The notes: generated by a model from the letters alone, not told the origin. A stretch of DNA of 64,000 bases from an uncultured Nitrospiraceae bacterium (GCA_963727805.1 CAVSHF010000003.1:544001-608000); one strand, 5' to 3'; numbered from the stretch's first letter, positions 1-12,593 are shown. Numbers and translations: made by a program.

Positions 1-2082
1 TTTCACAACTTCGAGCGCGAAATGCACTTCATCGCTTTCCTTAGCCCCTATGACCGAAAAAGGAATTTCGATTTCAAAAATATCAGCTGCCGCCGTTTCC
101 AGACGTGTATCCCCTTCCACCCATACGCCATTTCTGAATACATAAAGCACTGTCTCATTCGCAATGGGATTGAACACTATTTTAATAAAAGAGGGATGGA
201 AGATATCTATGTGAAGCGAGATCTCTTCCTCGAAACGATTCAGAGGAATGACTGGATCGACCCTGATAAAAAGGCTGTCCTTGTTAAATCCGTAATAAAG
301 ATCCACTATGCAGCTTTCGGATTTATGCATGCTGCCGCCGCCCCTTTGGATCTGGATATGTGCACTATTGTACCATTCAAAATAGCTTGTCACTATCCCA
401 TCGATTCTCGGATAAATGAATCCTCTCACCTCGGAATCGGGGACAATTTTTCTATCTTCCAGCAAGATTGGGACATACAAGTTGGGAGGCACTGTGCCGC
501 CGATGACTTCATAGACCTTCATGAGGTAGTTTCGAAAGAGTTCATCAAATTCTTCCTGGCTTTCAGTGGTATGCTCATCTCCGTACCACCAGTTCCAGTC
601 GCTCCCCTCAGCGGCGTACAGCGCCTTCCATGCTTCAGAGAGGTCTGTTTCAGGGTGGTTTTTTGCGTAAGCGTCAAGGTCATCCCTTGCAAGTGAAAGA
701 TAATCCCATGCAAGATTATCTTCTTCATGTCCTATCCAGACATGAAAGTCGGAATTGATCCATGATCCCGCGTGGAGTTTTTTCAGTGGCACGCCCGGCC
801 CGTGTTCTTCGATGTATTCCGACATCGTAACGGTTTTAAATCTCCTATCGTTGCTGAGAGCAGTATAAAGTGTTTTGAGAAAGTCCTGTCCATCATTTTG
901 ATAATATTCCCAGGCATTTTCTCCATCGAGGATTACGGGAACAATATAAGGCTCATTCTTCGGCAGAGAACCCCGTATTTGCGATAGTCTGGAGATAAAA
1001 TCATCGACGGCTTTTTCAGCGCTCCATGACGCATAGACAAAACCGATCTGGTCAGAGAGACGATGGTCCCTGAAAAAAAGTGACAAGTTGGCATACCGAT
1101 ACGGCCTGTAAAGTGAGTCAGGATCAATAACAGTTCCCTCATTGTTCCTAAGAGGTCTTTCGAGCGAACGGCCAAGGACTTCCTCGTCAGTTGCAATCCA
1201 TTTGATTCTTTCCTTGCTGATTGCATCGGCAACTTCTTCGCTCACCGATCCCTCGGACGGCCACATACCGTTTGGCTTGAAACCAAAAGTCTTTTCAAAA
1301 AAGGCGATACCCATCCTTATCTGACTGATTGCATCTTCAGGATGAGAAAATCTTTTTTTGGGGAGCTTGACTCGGGGCATCGCTATCCTGGCCGAGTCGG
1401 TGTCCCACAGCAAAGGGAGAATCGGGTGATAAAAGGGACTTACTGAAATCTCGATCTGGCCTGAAGAGCTGAGCTTCCTGTATTCGGGGATAATCTGCTT
1501 CAGGATATCGAATTGTTTGCTTATGAGAATTCCTTTTTCTTCTTCGGTATAATCCCGCTCTTTATTAACAAGCGCTTTCAGAAAGGGATCGCTTTCCCTG
1601 AACATTGGATCGATCCAACTCAAATTGAAAAGCACCTGAAGGTCTCTTATGTCATGATCAGTAAAGTAGCGGATAGTCCGCCCGATATCGTCCTTGGAAT
1701 ACCGAAGCCCTCTTTTTACCAGGAGTTCGTAATAACGTGGGTAAGGTTTTACCATGGTATCCCAGTTTGCGAGGAAGAAATATTCGACGATGAATATCCT
1801 TTCCTCGACCGTTAGACTCCCCGGATGCTTGAGCGTTAATTCGAGGTGTCGGTCCATTGCTTTATTCTCGATATAGTCATTCAACTGTTCAAGGAGCGAA
1901 GGGACAACGTTGAAAGTCTGTTTGATATGGGGAAATTCTTCAAGTATTTTCAATGTATCAAGGTAGTCTTTGACGCCATGCAACCGCACCCATGGCAAGG
2001 TATAAATGCCGCTGAAGGGGTTTTTGTAATAGGGCTGATGCATGTGCCACAGGAAGGCGATATTTAAAGGGGTATCGGCCAT
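1..2082 (-). CDS. Glycoside hydrolase family 57 protein (3' end runs off the window)
   Basis: Manual translation, not in the ORF track: MADTPLNIAFLWHMHQPYY...LPWVRLHG...GMWPSEGSVS...ILDGENAW...AEGSDWNWW (GH57 conserved regions); frame open to base 1. Confidence 0.9.
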   Translation of the reverse strand, partial: MADTPLNIAFLWHMHQPYYKNPFSGIYTLPWVRLHGVKDYLDTLKILEEFPHIKQTFNVVPSLLEQLNDYIENKAMDRHLELTLKHPGSLTVEERIFIVEYFFLANWDTMVKPYPRYYELLVKRGLRYSKDDIGRTIRYFTDHDIRDLQVLFNLSWIDPMFRESDPFLKALVNKERDYTEEEKGILISKQFDILKQIIPEYRKLSSSGQIEISVSPFYHPILPLLWDTDSARIAMPRVKLPKKRFSHPEDAISQIRMGIAFFEKTFGFKPNGMWPSEGSVSEEVADAISKERIKWIATDEEVLGRSLERPLRNNEGTVIDPDSLYRPYRYANLSLFFRDHRLSDQIGFVYASWSAEKAVDDFISRLSQIRGSLPKNEPYIVPVILDGENAWEYYQNDGQDFLKTLYTALSNDRRFKTVTMSEYIEEHGPGVPLKKLHAGSWINSDFHVWIGHEEDNLAWDYLSLARDDLDAYAKNHPETDLSEAWKALYAAEGSDWNWWYGDEHTTESQEEFDELFRNYLMKVYEVIGGTVPPNLYVPILLEDRKIVPDSEVRGFIYPRIDGIVTSYFEWYNSAHIQIQRGGGSMHKSESCIVDLYYGFNKDSLFIRVDPVIPLNRFEEEISLHIDIFHPSFIKIVFNPIANETVLYVFRNGVWVEGDTRLETAAADIFEIEIPFSVIGAKESDEVHFALEVVK

Positions 2083-2095
2083 TTAATTGAACTGC

Positions 2096-3750
<1,655 letters not shown>

Positions 3751-3759
3751 TTAAAAGAA

Positions 3760-5145
3760 TTATTGATTCATGGCGTGAATCGCCATCCCATGTACATCTT
3801 CAGCCGCTTCCATAAGACCTTCTGAAAGAGTCGGATGGGCATGAATCATCTCTCCGACCTCTTTCACCGTCATCCCAGACTTAATCGCCAGTGCCCCCTC
3901 ATGTACAAGGTCAGAAGCATGGGGCCCGATGATATGAACTCCAAGGACCTTATCCGTATCCTCTTCGGCAATAACTTTAAACATACCAGCAATTTCCCCC
4001 ATTGCATGGGCCTTGCCGAGTGTCCTGAACTGGAAACGGCCGGTCTTAATCTTTAAACCCCGTGCCAGCGCTTGATGTTCACGCAATCCGACAGAACCAA
4101 TTTCGGGAGAGGTAAATATCGCTGCTGGAATGACCGAATAATCCATCGATATTTTGACCCCGCAGGCATTGGAAGCAGCAACAATGCCCTCTTTCGAGGC
4201 CACATGGGCCAGTAGCATTCCCCCTACTACATCACCTATTGCATAAACTCCTTTTACATTCGTCTCCATTTTATCATCGACCCGGATTTCACCACGTTCT
4301 CCTTTTTGTATGTCCAAGGCTTCAAGACCGATATTCTCAGTATTGTAATGCCTTCCTATCGAAACAAGGAGTTTCTCAGCTGTGAGTTTCTTGCCCCCTT
4401 CGAGAGAAACATGCACTCCGTCAGTCAGCCTTTCGACCTTTTCCACCTTGACGCCAGTCATAAGTTTGATTTTCTTTTTTTTCAGTTCTCTTTCGAGCAC
4501 ATCTGAGATCTCATGGTCCTCAGTCGACACCGCCCTGCTTAGTATTTCGAGCATGGAGATCTCGACCCCGAATTCTGCAAATATACATGCGAATTCGCAA
4601 CCTATGACCCCTGCCCCGATTATAATCAAACTTTTAGGCAGTACTCCTAAATTCAGTGCGTCGTTACTCGACAGAATGGCTTCGCCATCAAAGGCGAATG
4701 CCGGAATCCGGGCAGGTCTCGATCCTGTAGCTATGATTATTTTATCGGTCTCGACAACCTCATTTGTTCCATCTCTTTTTTCGATCTCCACCCTGCCGGG
4801 AGCAAGAAGCCTTCCACGACCCTCCACAAGGCTGATGTCCCGGTACTTAAAAAGCGAGCGAATTCCTTTTGCCTGAGTGGAAACAACTTTGTTTTTTCGG
4901 TCCATGATTTTCGCCAGGTCGGGCCTGAGATCTCCGCTGCATTCAATGCCGTATTCTGCTAGTTTTCTGGCTTTTCGCAGGGCTTCTGCCGAGGCGCTCA
5001 ATGTCTTTGTTGGGATGCATCCCCAATTGAGACAGGTGCCGCCAACCTCATTACTTTCGACAATCGTTACATGAGCACCGAGTTGAGCGGCCTTGATTGC
5101 AGCTACATAGCCTCCAGGGCCGGAACCGATTATCAAAAGCTTCAC
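3760..5145 (-). CDS. lpdA: Dihydrolipoyl dehydrogenase
   Basis: GSGPGGY, GGTCLNWGCIP redox disulfide, HAHPTLSE. Confidence 0.97.
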   Translation of the reverse strand: MKLLIIGSGPGGYVAAIKAAQLGAHVTIVESNEVGGTCLNWGCIPTKTLSASAEALRKARKLAEYGIECSGDLRPDLAKIMDRKNKVVSTQAKGIRSLFKYRDISLVEGRGRLLAPGRVEIEKRDGTNEVVETDKIIIATGSRPARIPAFAFDGEAILSSNDALNLGVLPKSLIIIGAGVIGCEFACIFAEFGVEISMLEILSRAVSTEDHEISDVLERELKKKKIKLMTGVKVEKVERLTDGVHVSLEGGKKLTAEKLLVSIGRHYNTENIGLEALDIQKGERGEIRVDDKMETNVKGVYAIGDVVGGMLLAHVASKEGIVAASNACGVKISMDYSVIPAAIFTSPEIGSVGLREHQALARGLKIKTGRFQFRTLGKAHAMGEIAGMFKVIAEEDTDKVLGVHIIGPHASDLVHEGALAIKSGMTVKEVGEMIHAHPTLSEGLMEAAEDVHGMAIHAMNQ

Positions 5146-5528
5146 TTAGTCTCCTCTTCCACATATGCGTCATACTCTTCGGCGTCCATGAGGTCATCGA
5201 GCTCAGTCGGGTTATCCATCTTGATTACCGCTATCCACCCTTTCTCGTAAGGGTCTTCATTTATAATCTCAGGCGAATCCGCGAGCTTCTCGTTGATCTC
5301 AATCACTAGGCCGCTTACCGGCGCGATCACTGTTGATGTTGCTTTAGTCGATTCGATCTCGGTCAACTCCGAATTTGCGGTGACCTCGATATCGGTCTCT
5401 GGCAGCTCGATATATACGATATCGCCGAGAGATTGCTGCGCATAATCGGTAATCCCGATCGTCGCTTTCTTGCCAGAAACTCTGGCCCACGTGTGTTCCT
5501 TATGAAATTTAATGTCCTCGGGGTTCAT
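5142..5528 (-). CDS. gcvH: Glycine cleavage system H protein (lipoyl carrier)
   Basis: HTW..IGITDYAQQSLGDIVYIELP, IESTKA lipoyl lysine, INEDPYEKGW. Confidence 0.95.
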   Translation of the reverse strand: MNPEDIKFHKEHTWARVSGKKATIGITDYAQQSLGDIVYIELPETDIEVTANSELTEIESTKATSTVIAPVSGLVIEINEKLADSPEIINEDPYEKGWIAVIKMDNPTELDDLMDAEEYDAYVEEETK

Positions 5529-5744
5529 GCATACCTCCTGTTCTCGATGATTAGGTTAATTGGATTTTCTTACCATAGTTTTTACCCTTTGTCAAGAAAA
5601 GACCCCTAAAGGACCCCACAATGACCCGACTAGTACTTGTCCTTCTTTACAATATATTAATGAAAAGAACAAATAAAATCTAATCATGTCTTCCTGCGTG
5701 GGACCTGGCACCCGAGAGGTGAGGCTGTGGTATCATAAAAGACC

Positions 5745-6620
5745 ATGAATACCTTGACGGAGAAGACTTTTCTCTATTTGCGGATGATAAAGATAGCTCA
5801 TTCCGTCTTTGCCCTTCCCTTCGCCTTCACCGCAGCCATACTCGCAGCTTCCGGGATTCCGTCTCTCTCCCAGATTTTCTGGATCGTGGCAGCTATGGTC
5901 GGTGCCCGTTCGGGCGCCATGGGCCTAAACCGAATCATCGACAGGAAAATCGACGCGATGAATCCAAGGACCATTAAACGTGAAATACCAGCTGGCAAAA
6001 TTCAGGTTAAGGACGCCATGATTTTTACAGCAATTTCCCTTGGCGTGTTGGCCTTCGCCGCGTACGAGTTGAATCCTCTTTGTTTCATGCTCTCGCCGCT
6101 CGCAATCTGTATCCTCATATTATATTCCTACACAAAAAGATTTACTTGGGCGTCCCATTTCGTTCTCGGCATAGCCATATCGGGCGCCCCTTTAGGGGCA
6201 TGGATCGCGATCAGAGGCACACTCGATCCGGAAATTATTCCTCTCTCCTTCGCTGTTATATTCTGGCTTGCAGGCTTTGACATTCTTTATGCCCTTCAGG
6301 ATATCGACTTTGACCGGCAGCAGGGTTTGTATTCGATCCCTCGACGATTCGGCATCAAGAGATCCCTTCTTTTCTCGCGGATTTTTCATGGAGTTACGTT
6401 TGGTCTATTTATTTATACGGGGATTCTTTTTCACTTGAACTTTTTTTACTTCGTAGGCTTGATTATTGTAGGGGTGTTGTTAGGATATGAGCATTCCCTC
6501 GTAAAACCGAATGATTTGAGCAAACTCAATATGGCTTTTTTTAATATGAATGGGTATATAAGCATCACTATTTTTGTCTTCACATGCCTGTCGCTTATGT
6601 TTACTAACTTGAGTAAATAA
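5745..6620 (+). CDS. UbiA-family prenyltransferase (MqnP-like)
   Basis: [40 protein letters not shown]; multiple TM helices. Confidence 0.9.
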   Translation: MNTLTEKTFLYLRMIKIAHSVFALPFAFTAAILAASGIPSLSQIFWIVAAMVGARSGAMGLNRIIDRKIDAMNPRTIKREIPAGKIQVKDAMIFTAISLGVLAFAAYELNPLCFMLSPLAICILILYSYTKRFTWASHFVLGIAISGAPLGAWIAIRGTLDPEIIPLSFAVIFWLAGFDILYALQDIDFDRQQGLYSIPRRFGIKRSLLFSRIFHGVTFGLFIYTGILFHLNFFYFVGLIIVGVLLGYEHSLVKPNDLSKLNMAFFNMNGYISITIFVFTCLSLMFTNLSK

Positions 6621-6648
6621 ATTCACTTTTATGGTCAAAGGAGAGACA

Positions 6649-7416
6649 ATGGATACCATTAAGATCGGACTTATAGGGGGGTCCGGTATGGACGACCCCC
6701 GCCTTATGAAGAATATAACGGAAAAAGTCATAAAGACTCCTTACGGTAAGCCTTCTTCACCTCTTATTGCCGGAAAGATTGATGGTATTGATATGGTCAT
6801 CCTTGCGCGTCATGGGAAAGACCATTCCATATTTCCGACGGCTGTCAACTTCAGAGCCAACTTATACGCTTTAAAAAAAGAGGGTTGTACCCATATTCTC
6901 GCAACCACTGCGGTAGGCTCTCTTAGAGAGAAGATAAAACCGGGTGATCTGGTTTTTACAGACCAGTTCATAGATTTTACAAAACACAGGCCCCTGACGT
7001 TCCACGAAAAAAAGGTTGTTCATACACCGATGAGCGAACCTTTCTGCCCAAGCCTCAGGTCTTTACTGGCAGATACTGCAAAGGAATTGAAGCTCAGACA
7101 TCACAAAAAAGGGACTGTGGTTACGATTGAAGGGCCACGGTTTTCCACAAAAGCCGAGTCCCATATGTTCAGAATGCTGGGTGCGGACGTGATCAATATG
7201 TCGACCGTCCCTGAAGTGATACTTGCAAGAGAACTCGGCATCTGCTATCAGTCTATCGCGATGTCTACTGATTACGACTGCTGGAAGGAAGGCGAAGAAT
7301 CGGTCACATGGGATATGATTCTTTCCATAATGAATAAAAACGCAGACAATGTCAAAAGGCTGGTTCTAAAGACCATTTCAAAAATCGACAACACAGAATG
7401 CACTTGCAAGGGCTAG
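6649..7416 (+). CDS. mtnP: S-methyl-5'-thioadenosine phosphorylase
   Basis: [42 protein letters not shown] before ATG 6649. Confidence 0.93.
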   Translation: MDTIKIGLIGGSGMDDPRLMKNITEKVIKTPYGKPSSPLIAGKIDGIDMVILARHGKDHSIFPTAVNFRANLYALKKEGCTHILATTAVGSLREKIKPGDLVFTDQFIDFTKHRPLTFHEKKVVHTPMSEPFCPSLRSLLADTAKELKLRHHKKGTVVTIEGPRFSTKAESHMFRMLGADVINMSTVPEVILARELGICYQSIAMSTDYDCWKEGEESVTWDMILSIMNKNADNVKRLVLKTISKIDNTECTCKG

Positions 7417-7426
7417 GAGGAATTCA

Positions 7427-7960
7427 ATGCCGATAAAATCGAAGATCAGGACCGTTCCGGACCATCCCAAAAAAGGCATCATGTTCAGGGATATTACAAC
7501 GCTAATAAAAGACCCTGTTGGCTTCAGGCTTGTTATTGATGCCTTCACCCAACGATATTTAAAAGGCGACATCGATTTCGATGTCATCGTAGGGATAGAG
7601 TCCAGGGGTTTTATCATTGGCGGCGCACTTGCTTACACCCTGGGAAAAGGCTTTATCCCCATTAGGAAAAAAGGGAAACTGCCTGCAGAAACTATACGCC
7701 ACGAATACGAACTTGAATACGGGACAGATACAATCGAGATTCACAAGGACTCCCTAACCACGGGTACGAAGGTACTTCTTGTTGACGACCTTCTTGCAAC
7801 AGGAGGCACTGCCCTCGCATCGGCCACCTTGATAGAGAAGCTTGGAGGCAAAGTTGTAGAAATGGCGTTCATCATTGATCTGCCCGATGTAGGCGGTTCG
7901 AAGAAACTTGCAAAAAAAGGATATAAAATATTTCATCTGACCGAATTTGAGGGGGATTAG
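7427..7960 (+). CDS. apt: Adenine phosphoribosyltransferase
   Basis: GIMFRDIT, IESRGF, RKKGKLP, YELEYG, VDDLLATGGT. Confidence 0.97.
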   Translation: MPIKSKIRTVPDHPKKGIMFRDITTLIKDPVGFRLVIDAFTQRYLKGDIDFDVIVGIESRGFIIGGALAYTLGKGFIPIRKKGKLPAETIRHEYELEYGTDTIEIHKDSLTTGTKVLLVDDLLATGGTALASATLIEKLGGKVVEMAFIIDLPDVGGSKKLAKKGYKIFHLTEFEGD

Positions 7961-7975
7961 GCCGGGTCGGTCATT

Positions 7976-9304
7976 ATGGAGAAAGTCGACTTCATCATCT
8001 GTGGTGATTATGTTCTCACCATGAACGAAGAACTGGAGATGATCAAAAAAGGCGCGGTTGCCGTGAAGGGATCTGTCATCATTGATGCGGGGAGTGCTGA
8101 TTTTATCTTAAGAAGCTACACTTCTGAAAAAGTCATTGAAGGCAAAGACAAGGCAGTGCTTCCAGGGCTTATCAATACTCACTGTCACGCCCCGATGGTT
8201 TTTTTCAGAGGTCTGGCTGATGACCTCCCTCTCAGAGAGTGGCTCGAAAAACATATATGGCCCGCCGAAAACAGATGGCTCAGTCCTGAATTTGTTTATG
8301 ATGCTACAGAACTAGCCTGTTTGGAAATGCTCAAGATGGGCGTTACCATATACAACGACATGTATTTTTTCGGAGACAGTGCTGCAGCAGCGTCACGGGC
8401 ACTCGGGATAAGAGCGGTCCTTGGAGCGGGCATAATAGACTTCCCTACAGTAGCCGGAAAGACAGCGGCGGAATATCTTGGTAACGCTGAAAGGTTCATA
8501 GGGAAATGGAAGGGAGACAGCCTCATTCTCACGAGTATTGCGCCGCATGCAGCGCATACATGCAGCCCTGACACTCTTAGGAAATCCAAGGCACTGGCTG
8601 ACCATCTCGATGTGCCTTTGCATATGCACCTCTCGGAAACCCAGTGGGAAGTGGATGATATAGTATCTCGGTATGGCAAAAAACCTGTTGAACATCTCGA
8701 AGCCCTCGGCCTCCTTGATGAGCGGCTTATTGCGGCACATTGCGTTCATGTGGATGATGCGGAGATTAATATTCTTGCTAAGAGGAAGGTTGGCGTATCG
8801 CACTGCATAGAAAGCAACTTGAAGCTTGCTTCGGGAATTGCCCCTGTGCCAAGAATGCTGAGAGCTGGAGTACGAGTGACTTTCGGTACTGATGGCGCGG
8901 CGAGCAACAATGACCTGAATATATTGAGTGAGATGTCGACCGCTGCAAAACTCCACAAGGCAATTGCGAAAGACCCCACCGTGCTCGATTCAAAGACTGC
9001 GCTCCTTATGGCGACTAGATGGGGAGCGGAGGCTTTAGGTCTCGGCAACAAAATCGGGAGCATCGAAAAAGGCAAAGCTGCGGATGTTATCGTCATCAAT
9101 CTGAAACGTCCTCATTTGACCCCCCTCTATGATATTTATTCTCACATAGTCTATTCGGCGATGGCATCGGACGTCGAAACGGTAGTGATTGATGGACAAC
9201 CTTTAATTCGGAACGGTAGTCATGTGAGTGGAAGGGAAGAAGCCATTTTGCAGAAAGCCCTCGAGTGGCAGACGAGGATAGCCGTTTCCAATTCACATCA
9301 CTGA
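7976..9304 (+). CDS. mtaD: MtaD-like amidohydrolase (MTA/SAH/5'-deoxyadenosine deaminase family)
   Basis: PGLINTHCH, HLSET, AAHCV, SNLKLASG, GTDGAASNN. Confidence 0.8.
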   Translation: MEKVDFIICGDYVLTMNEELEMIKKGAVAVKGSVIIDAGSADFILRSYTSEKVIEGKDKAVLPGLINTHCHAPMVFFRGLADDLPLREWLEKHIWPAENRWLSPEFVYDATELACLEMLKMGVTIYNDMYFFGDSAAAASRALGIRAVLGAGIIDFPTVAGKTAAEYLGNAERFIGKWKGDSLILTSIAPHAAHTCSPDTLRKSKALADHLDVPLHMHLSETQWEVDDIVSRYGKKPVEHLEALGLLDERLIAAHCVHVDDAEINILAKRKVGVSHCIESNLKLASGIAPVPRMLRAGVRVTFGTDGAASNNDLNILSEMSTAAKLHKAIAKDPTVLDSKTALLMATRWGAEALGLGNKIGSIEKGKAADVIVINLKRPHLTPLYDIYSHIVYSAMASDVETVVIDGQPLIRNGSHVSGREEAILQKALEWQTRIAVSNSHH

Positions 9305-9311
9305 AGTCTTG

Positions 9312-9791
9312 TTATTCGATGACCCACAATGCGTTGCAACTTTTCTGCGAATGAAGAATTTTATTGGAAGTACTCCCGTAGATGAATTCCTCCTGTTTGG
9401 ATATGCCCCTGCGTCCAAGGGCAATGGTACTCGCCCCGATCAGGTTCGCCTCGTTGAGTATGACTTGGGCAACGGATGGATATTCGCCGGTTTTCATGCG
9501 TATTTCAACGAACTCCCCATCAACACCTGATTTTATAAGCATCTCCCGGTAGCCTTCCAGTACAAGCTTTGATTTCATTTCATTGTCCTGTATCCACGAA
9601 GCGCGCTCCTCTGCATTAGCAAAGAAGTCGTCCGGCGGGACAGGAACAATATTGATCAGGGTTACCTTAAAGCCCTGGAGCCCACCAAGCATTAGTGCAA
9701 CATATGCGACCGCTCGTTTTGCGTTATCGGATTCGTCTACAGCGACGAGGATGTGTTTGTTGATTATGCAAGCCTGCCATGACTGTTCCAT
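9312..9791 (-). CDS. Universal stress protein
   Basis: ILVAVDES, LGRRGIS..FIYGSTSNKIL. Confidence 0.9.
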   Translation of the reverse strand: MEQSWQACIINKHILVAVDESDNAKRAVAYVALMLGGLQGFKVTLINIVPVPPDDFFANAEERASWIQDNEMKSKLVLEGYREMLIKSGVDGEFVEIRMKTGEYPSVAQVILNEANLIGASTIALGRRGISKQEEFIYGSTSNKILHSQKSCNALWVIE

Positions 9792-9819
9792 TTCCTATTT
9801 CCTCCTTTTACAACAATGC

Positions 9820-10803
9820 TTACAAAAGTCGATTTCTAACTATCTGCATATCCTGCAGGAATTCTTCAGTATCTTCATAGAAGACGTTGGCCCCTGATGA
9901 AAAATGCAGCAGGATTTGATTGAGGTCATCCGAGATATACGGATATACCTTCCGCAGGTTGACCACCCTGCTGTTGAAAATAATATTCAGGTCTTCCGCA
10001 CCAAGCGCCTGATATGCCTCTGGGTCCTTTTCTTTCAAGTCGCGGGTTATTACATCCCCCCTACCTGCAAGATAGACGATGACATTCCCAAGCCCAAAGA
10101 GATCATATCCAGCCATATTCTCCTTATGGAGATAATTGAAATCGAAATCAATCCATCTGCAAATGCCGGTACTTTTCTCCTTGATGATATGGTCCCGCCT
10201 GATATCACCGTGTTTCTCACCGTTATCGTGAAGGAATTTGATGGCCTTTGTAAGTTCGATAAACTCATCCAGGACTTTGGGGAAATAATTGTAAAAATAA
10301 TCCTCATGGTCCCTACCCAGAAGGAGCACGCTGTCAGCTAGCGTTTTCCCCTGGATATAATCGATAACCCTGACAATGTTGCCGGCAGTGTCAAGTATAG
10401 GAACTCCCTGCATAAAACGCTGATCCCCTTTTACGAGATCGAGAATGCGGCCTTCTTTTTTGGGACTCCTGTAACATTCGAAGGATAACTCGCCGACCTT
10501 TGCGACAAATCGTTCATGAAAAGTGAGTTTTAGGATTTTGATGGAACCGTCGATAAGGTCCACGGCCCTCTTTACCCAGAATTTCTGTTGCTCTTCTATC
10601 CCAAACCTTCCCTCGCGCTCATTATGCCTGATCAGATAGGGCTTTTCACCCAAGACAACGACGTCATCGTACTCAACGCTATAGAAGTCGGAGGTATCGC
10701 TGATTAGTCTGATTTTACTCGGTACCCGCTCGGGACCCACGCGCCGCGCGATCATGTCTTTGAGTTCGCTATCGCTGAACATATTTTTCAGTGAACTTAT
10801 CAT
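9820..10803 (-). CDS. Protein-kinase-like protein (atypical catalytic loop)
   Basis: EGRFG..KFWVK, ILK, LHDNGEKHGDIRRDHI, WIDFD, YDLFGLG. Confidence 0.7.
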   Translation of the reverse strand: MISSLKNMFSDSELKDMIARRVGPERVPSKIRLISDTSDFYSVEYDDVVVLGEKPYLIRHNEREGRFGIEEQQKFWVKRAVDLIDGSIKILKLTFHERFVAKVGELSFECYRSPKKEGRILDLVKGDQRFMQGVPILDTAGNIVRVIDYIQGKTLADSVLLLGRDHEDYFYNYFPKVLDEFIELTKAIKFLHDNGEKHGDIRRDHIIKEKSTGICRWIDFDFNYLHKENMAGYDLFGLGNVIVYLAGRGDVITRDLKEKDPEAYQALGAEDLNIIFNSRVVNLRKVYPYISDDLNQILLHFSSGANVFYEDTEEFLQDMQIVRNRLL

Positions 10804-10961
10804 GCTGACAGAATCCGCGGTTGTTATCGCACTTACTTTTCGAGAGCAACTTCATTATGCGCTGACCCATGTTTATAATATTATCATTTCTTTGGTTTTC
10901 ATCCTATTCCACTATTCTGTTAAAATAATACTGGGTAACAGAGCCAACAGAGGAGGAACTC

Positions 10962-12587
10962 ATGATTGAAGGTTTCAACAATGCTGCGTCCTGCTGGAAG
11001 ACTATTCTTGCCGATACGTCAGCGAACGGGGGGCTGCTTCCGATTATCGAAAAATTCGCACGCGAAAATGCTGCTCCTTCGTCCGTAGTATTCGGGACAT
11101 CGGGATGGCGTGGCGAGATAGGATCCGACTTTACCTTCAATAACCTGCGCATTGTGACGTCGGCAATTGTCGAGATTTTCAAAGAAGAAAATCCTACTGT
11201 CATGGAGGCGATCGGCATTCGAGGATATGAAGAAATAAAAAGACGCGGTGTTGTGGTGGGCCACGATAACCGCTTTCTCGGACCTCAATTCGCCTGGGAA
11301 GTGATCGGCATACTCCAGAGAGAAGGCATAAAAACATGGTATGCAGGAGAGGCCCCAACGCCAGAATTCTCCACAGGTATCGAGATGCTTGGCGCTGCCT
11401 GCGCAATTAATCTCACACCGTCACATAATCCAGCCAATTATGCCGGTTTTAAATTCAATCCCTCCGACGGGGGACCAGCAGGAACAGAAATTACTACGGA
11501 GATAGAGAAACATGCCAACCGGATGATGACGGCAGGGCTACAACTCGATCCTGTCTTGCCCAAAGACATCGAGCGTGTAGATTTGACGCCTCTCTATCTC
11601 AAGTTTATCAACAGCAGAAAAACGATTGATATCCTCAAGATAAGGGATTTTGTCGATAGCAACGACTGCTTCATCTGCATCGACAATGTTCACGGCTCTA
11701 CGCGGAATCGCATCCAGCGGATAATAGGGGAGAGCCCGAAAATCCTGTATCTCAGAACTGAAGATGATTATCTCTTCGGCGGGATTGCCCCCGAACCGAG
11801 CGAAAAGAACATGGCAGGGATCGAGTCCTCCTTGAGGGAGAGTAATGCGCGTTTTAAACTAGGGATCATCATGGACCCGGATGGCGACAGAATACGTTAT
11901 ACTGACGGAAAGATTCAAATCCCGATGAATTATTTCGGCGCCATGGCCCTTCACTTTCTTTATATCCATAAAGGATTTCGGGGAGTCGTGGCAAAGTCTG
12001 TCGGCACGAGCAATTTTGTCAATGCAATCGCTGAAAAATTGGGGATCCCTATTAAAGAGACGAAGGTCGGCTTTAAGAATTTTAGGCCCTATCTGCTGCA
12101 AAGCGCCCCTGAGAAGGCTATCGTCGCCTTTGAGGAATCTGATGGTATATCTGGATATAATCATACTCTCGAGAAGGATGCCCTCTTCGGTCTACTCCTG
12201 TCGATCGAAATGATGGCAGCAACAGGCATGAATCTCGGTGAATACCTGAAGGAACTCATGGATGCCTACGGATATTTTTACCCCGACCGCTCGGGCATCA
12301 ACGTTGACAAATCGCTGGTAGGTAAGCCGCTCATGGACAAATTAGCGGCGCTTGCAATGCAATACAAGGAAGGAAGCCGCATCGATATCGACGGGTGTGA
12401 CCGTACCATAATAAAGGTTATCTCCGTGGATGGGTTGAAGACTGTTTTTGATGATGGCTCCTGGCTCATGATCAGGCCCTCTGGCACTGAACCGAAGGTG
12501 CGTTTTTATATCGAGGCGAGGACAGAAGAGGAAAAAAAGGCTATTTTCGATACTGCAGAGCGGATCACTAAAGAGGCATTAAGCTAA
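10962..12587 (+). CDS. Phosphoglucomutase/phosphomannomutase family
   Basis: FGTSGWRG, TPSHNP, DPDGDR, FEESDG, RPSGTEPK. Confidence 0.95.
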   Translation: MIEGFNNAASCWKTILADTSANGGLLPIIEKFARENAAPSSVVFGTSGWRGEIGSDFTFNNLRIVTSAIVEIFKEENPTVMEAIGIRGYEEIKRRGVVVGHDNRFLGPQFAWEVIGILQREGIKTWYAGEAPTPEFSTGIEMLGAACAINLTPSHNPANYAGFKFNPSDGGPAGTEITTEIEKHANRMMTAGLQLDPVLPKDIERVDLTPLYLKFINSRKTIDILKIRDFVDSNDCFICIDNVHGSTRNRIQRIIGESPKILYLRTEDDYLFGGIAPEPSEKNMAGIESSLRESNARFKLGIIMDPDGDRIRYTDGKIQIPMNYFGAMALHFLYIHKGFRGVVAKSVGTSNFVNAIAEKLGIPIKETKVGFKNFRPYLLQSAPEKAIVAFEESDGISGYNHTLEKDALFGLLLSIEMMAATGMNLGEYLKELMDAYGYFYPDRSGINVDKSLVGKPLMDKLAALAMQYKEGSRIDIDGCDRTIIKVISVDGLKTVFDDGSWLMIRPSGTEPKVRFYIEARTEEEKKAIFDTAERITKEALS

Positions 12588-12593
12588 CCCGTC

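Noticed and set aside
22..696. 224-aa plus-strand ORF and other plus ORFs up to 2329
   Set aside because: Antisense shadows of the GH57 and ftsB genes
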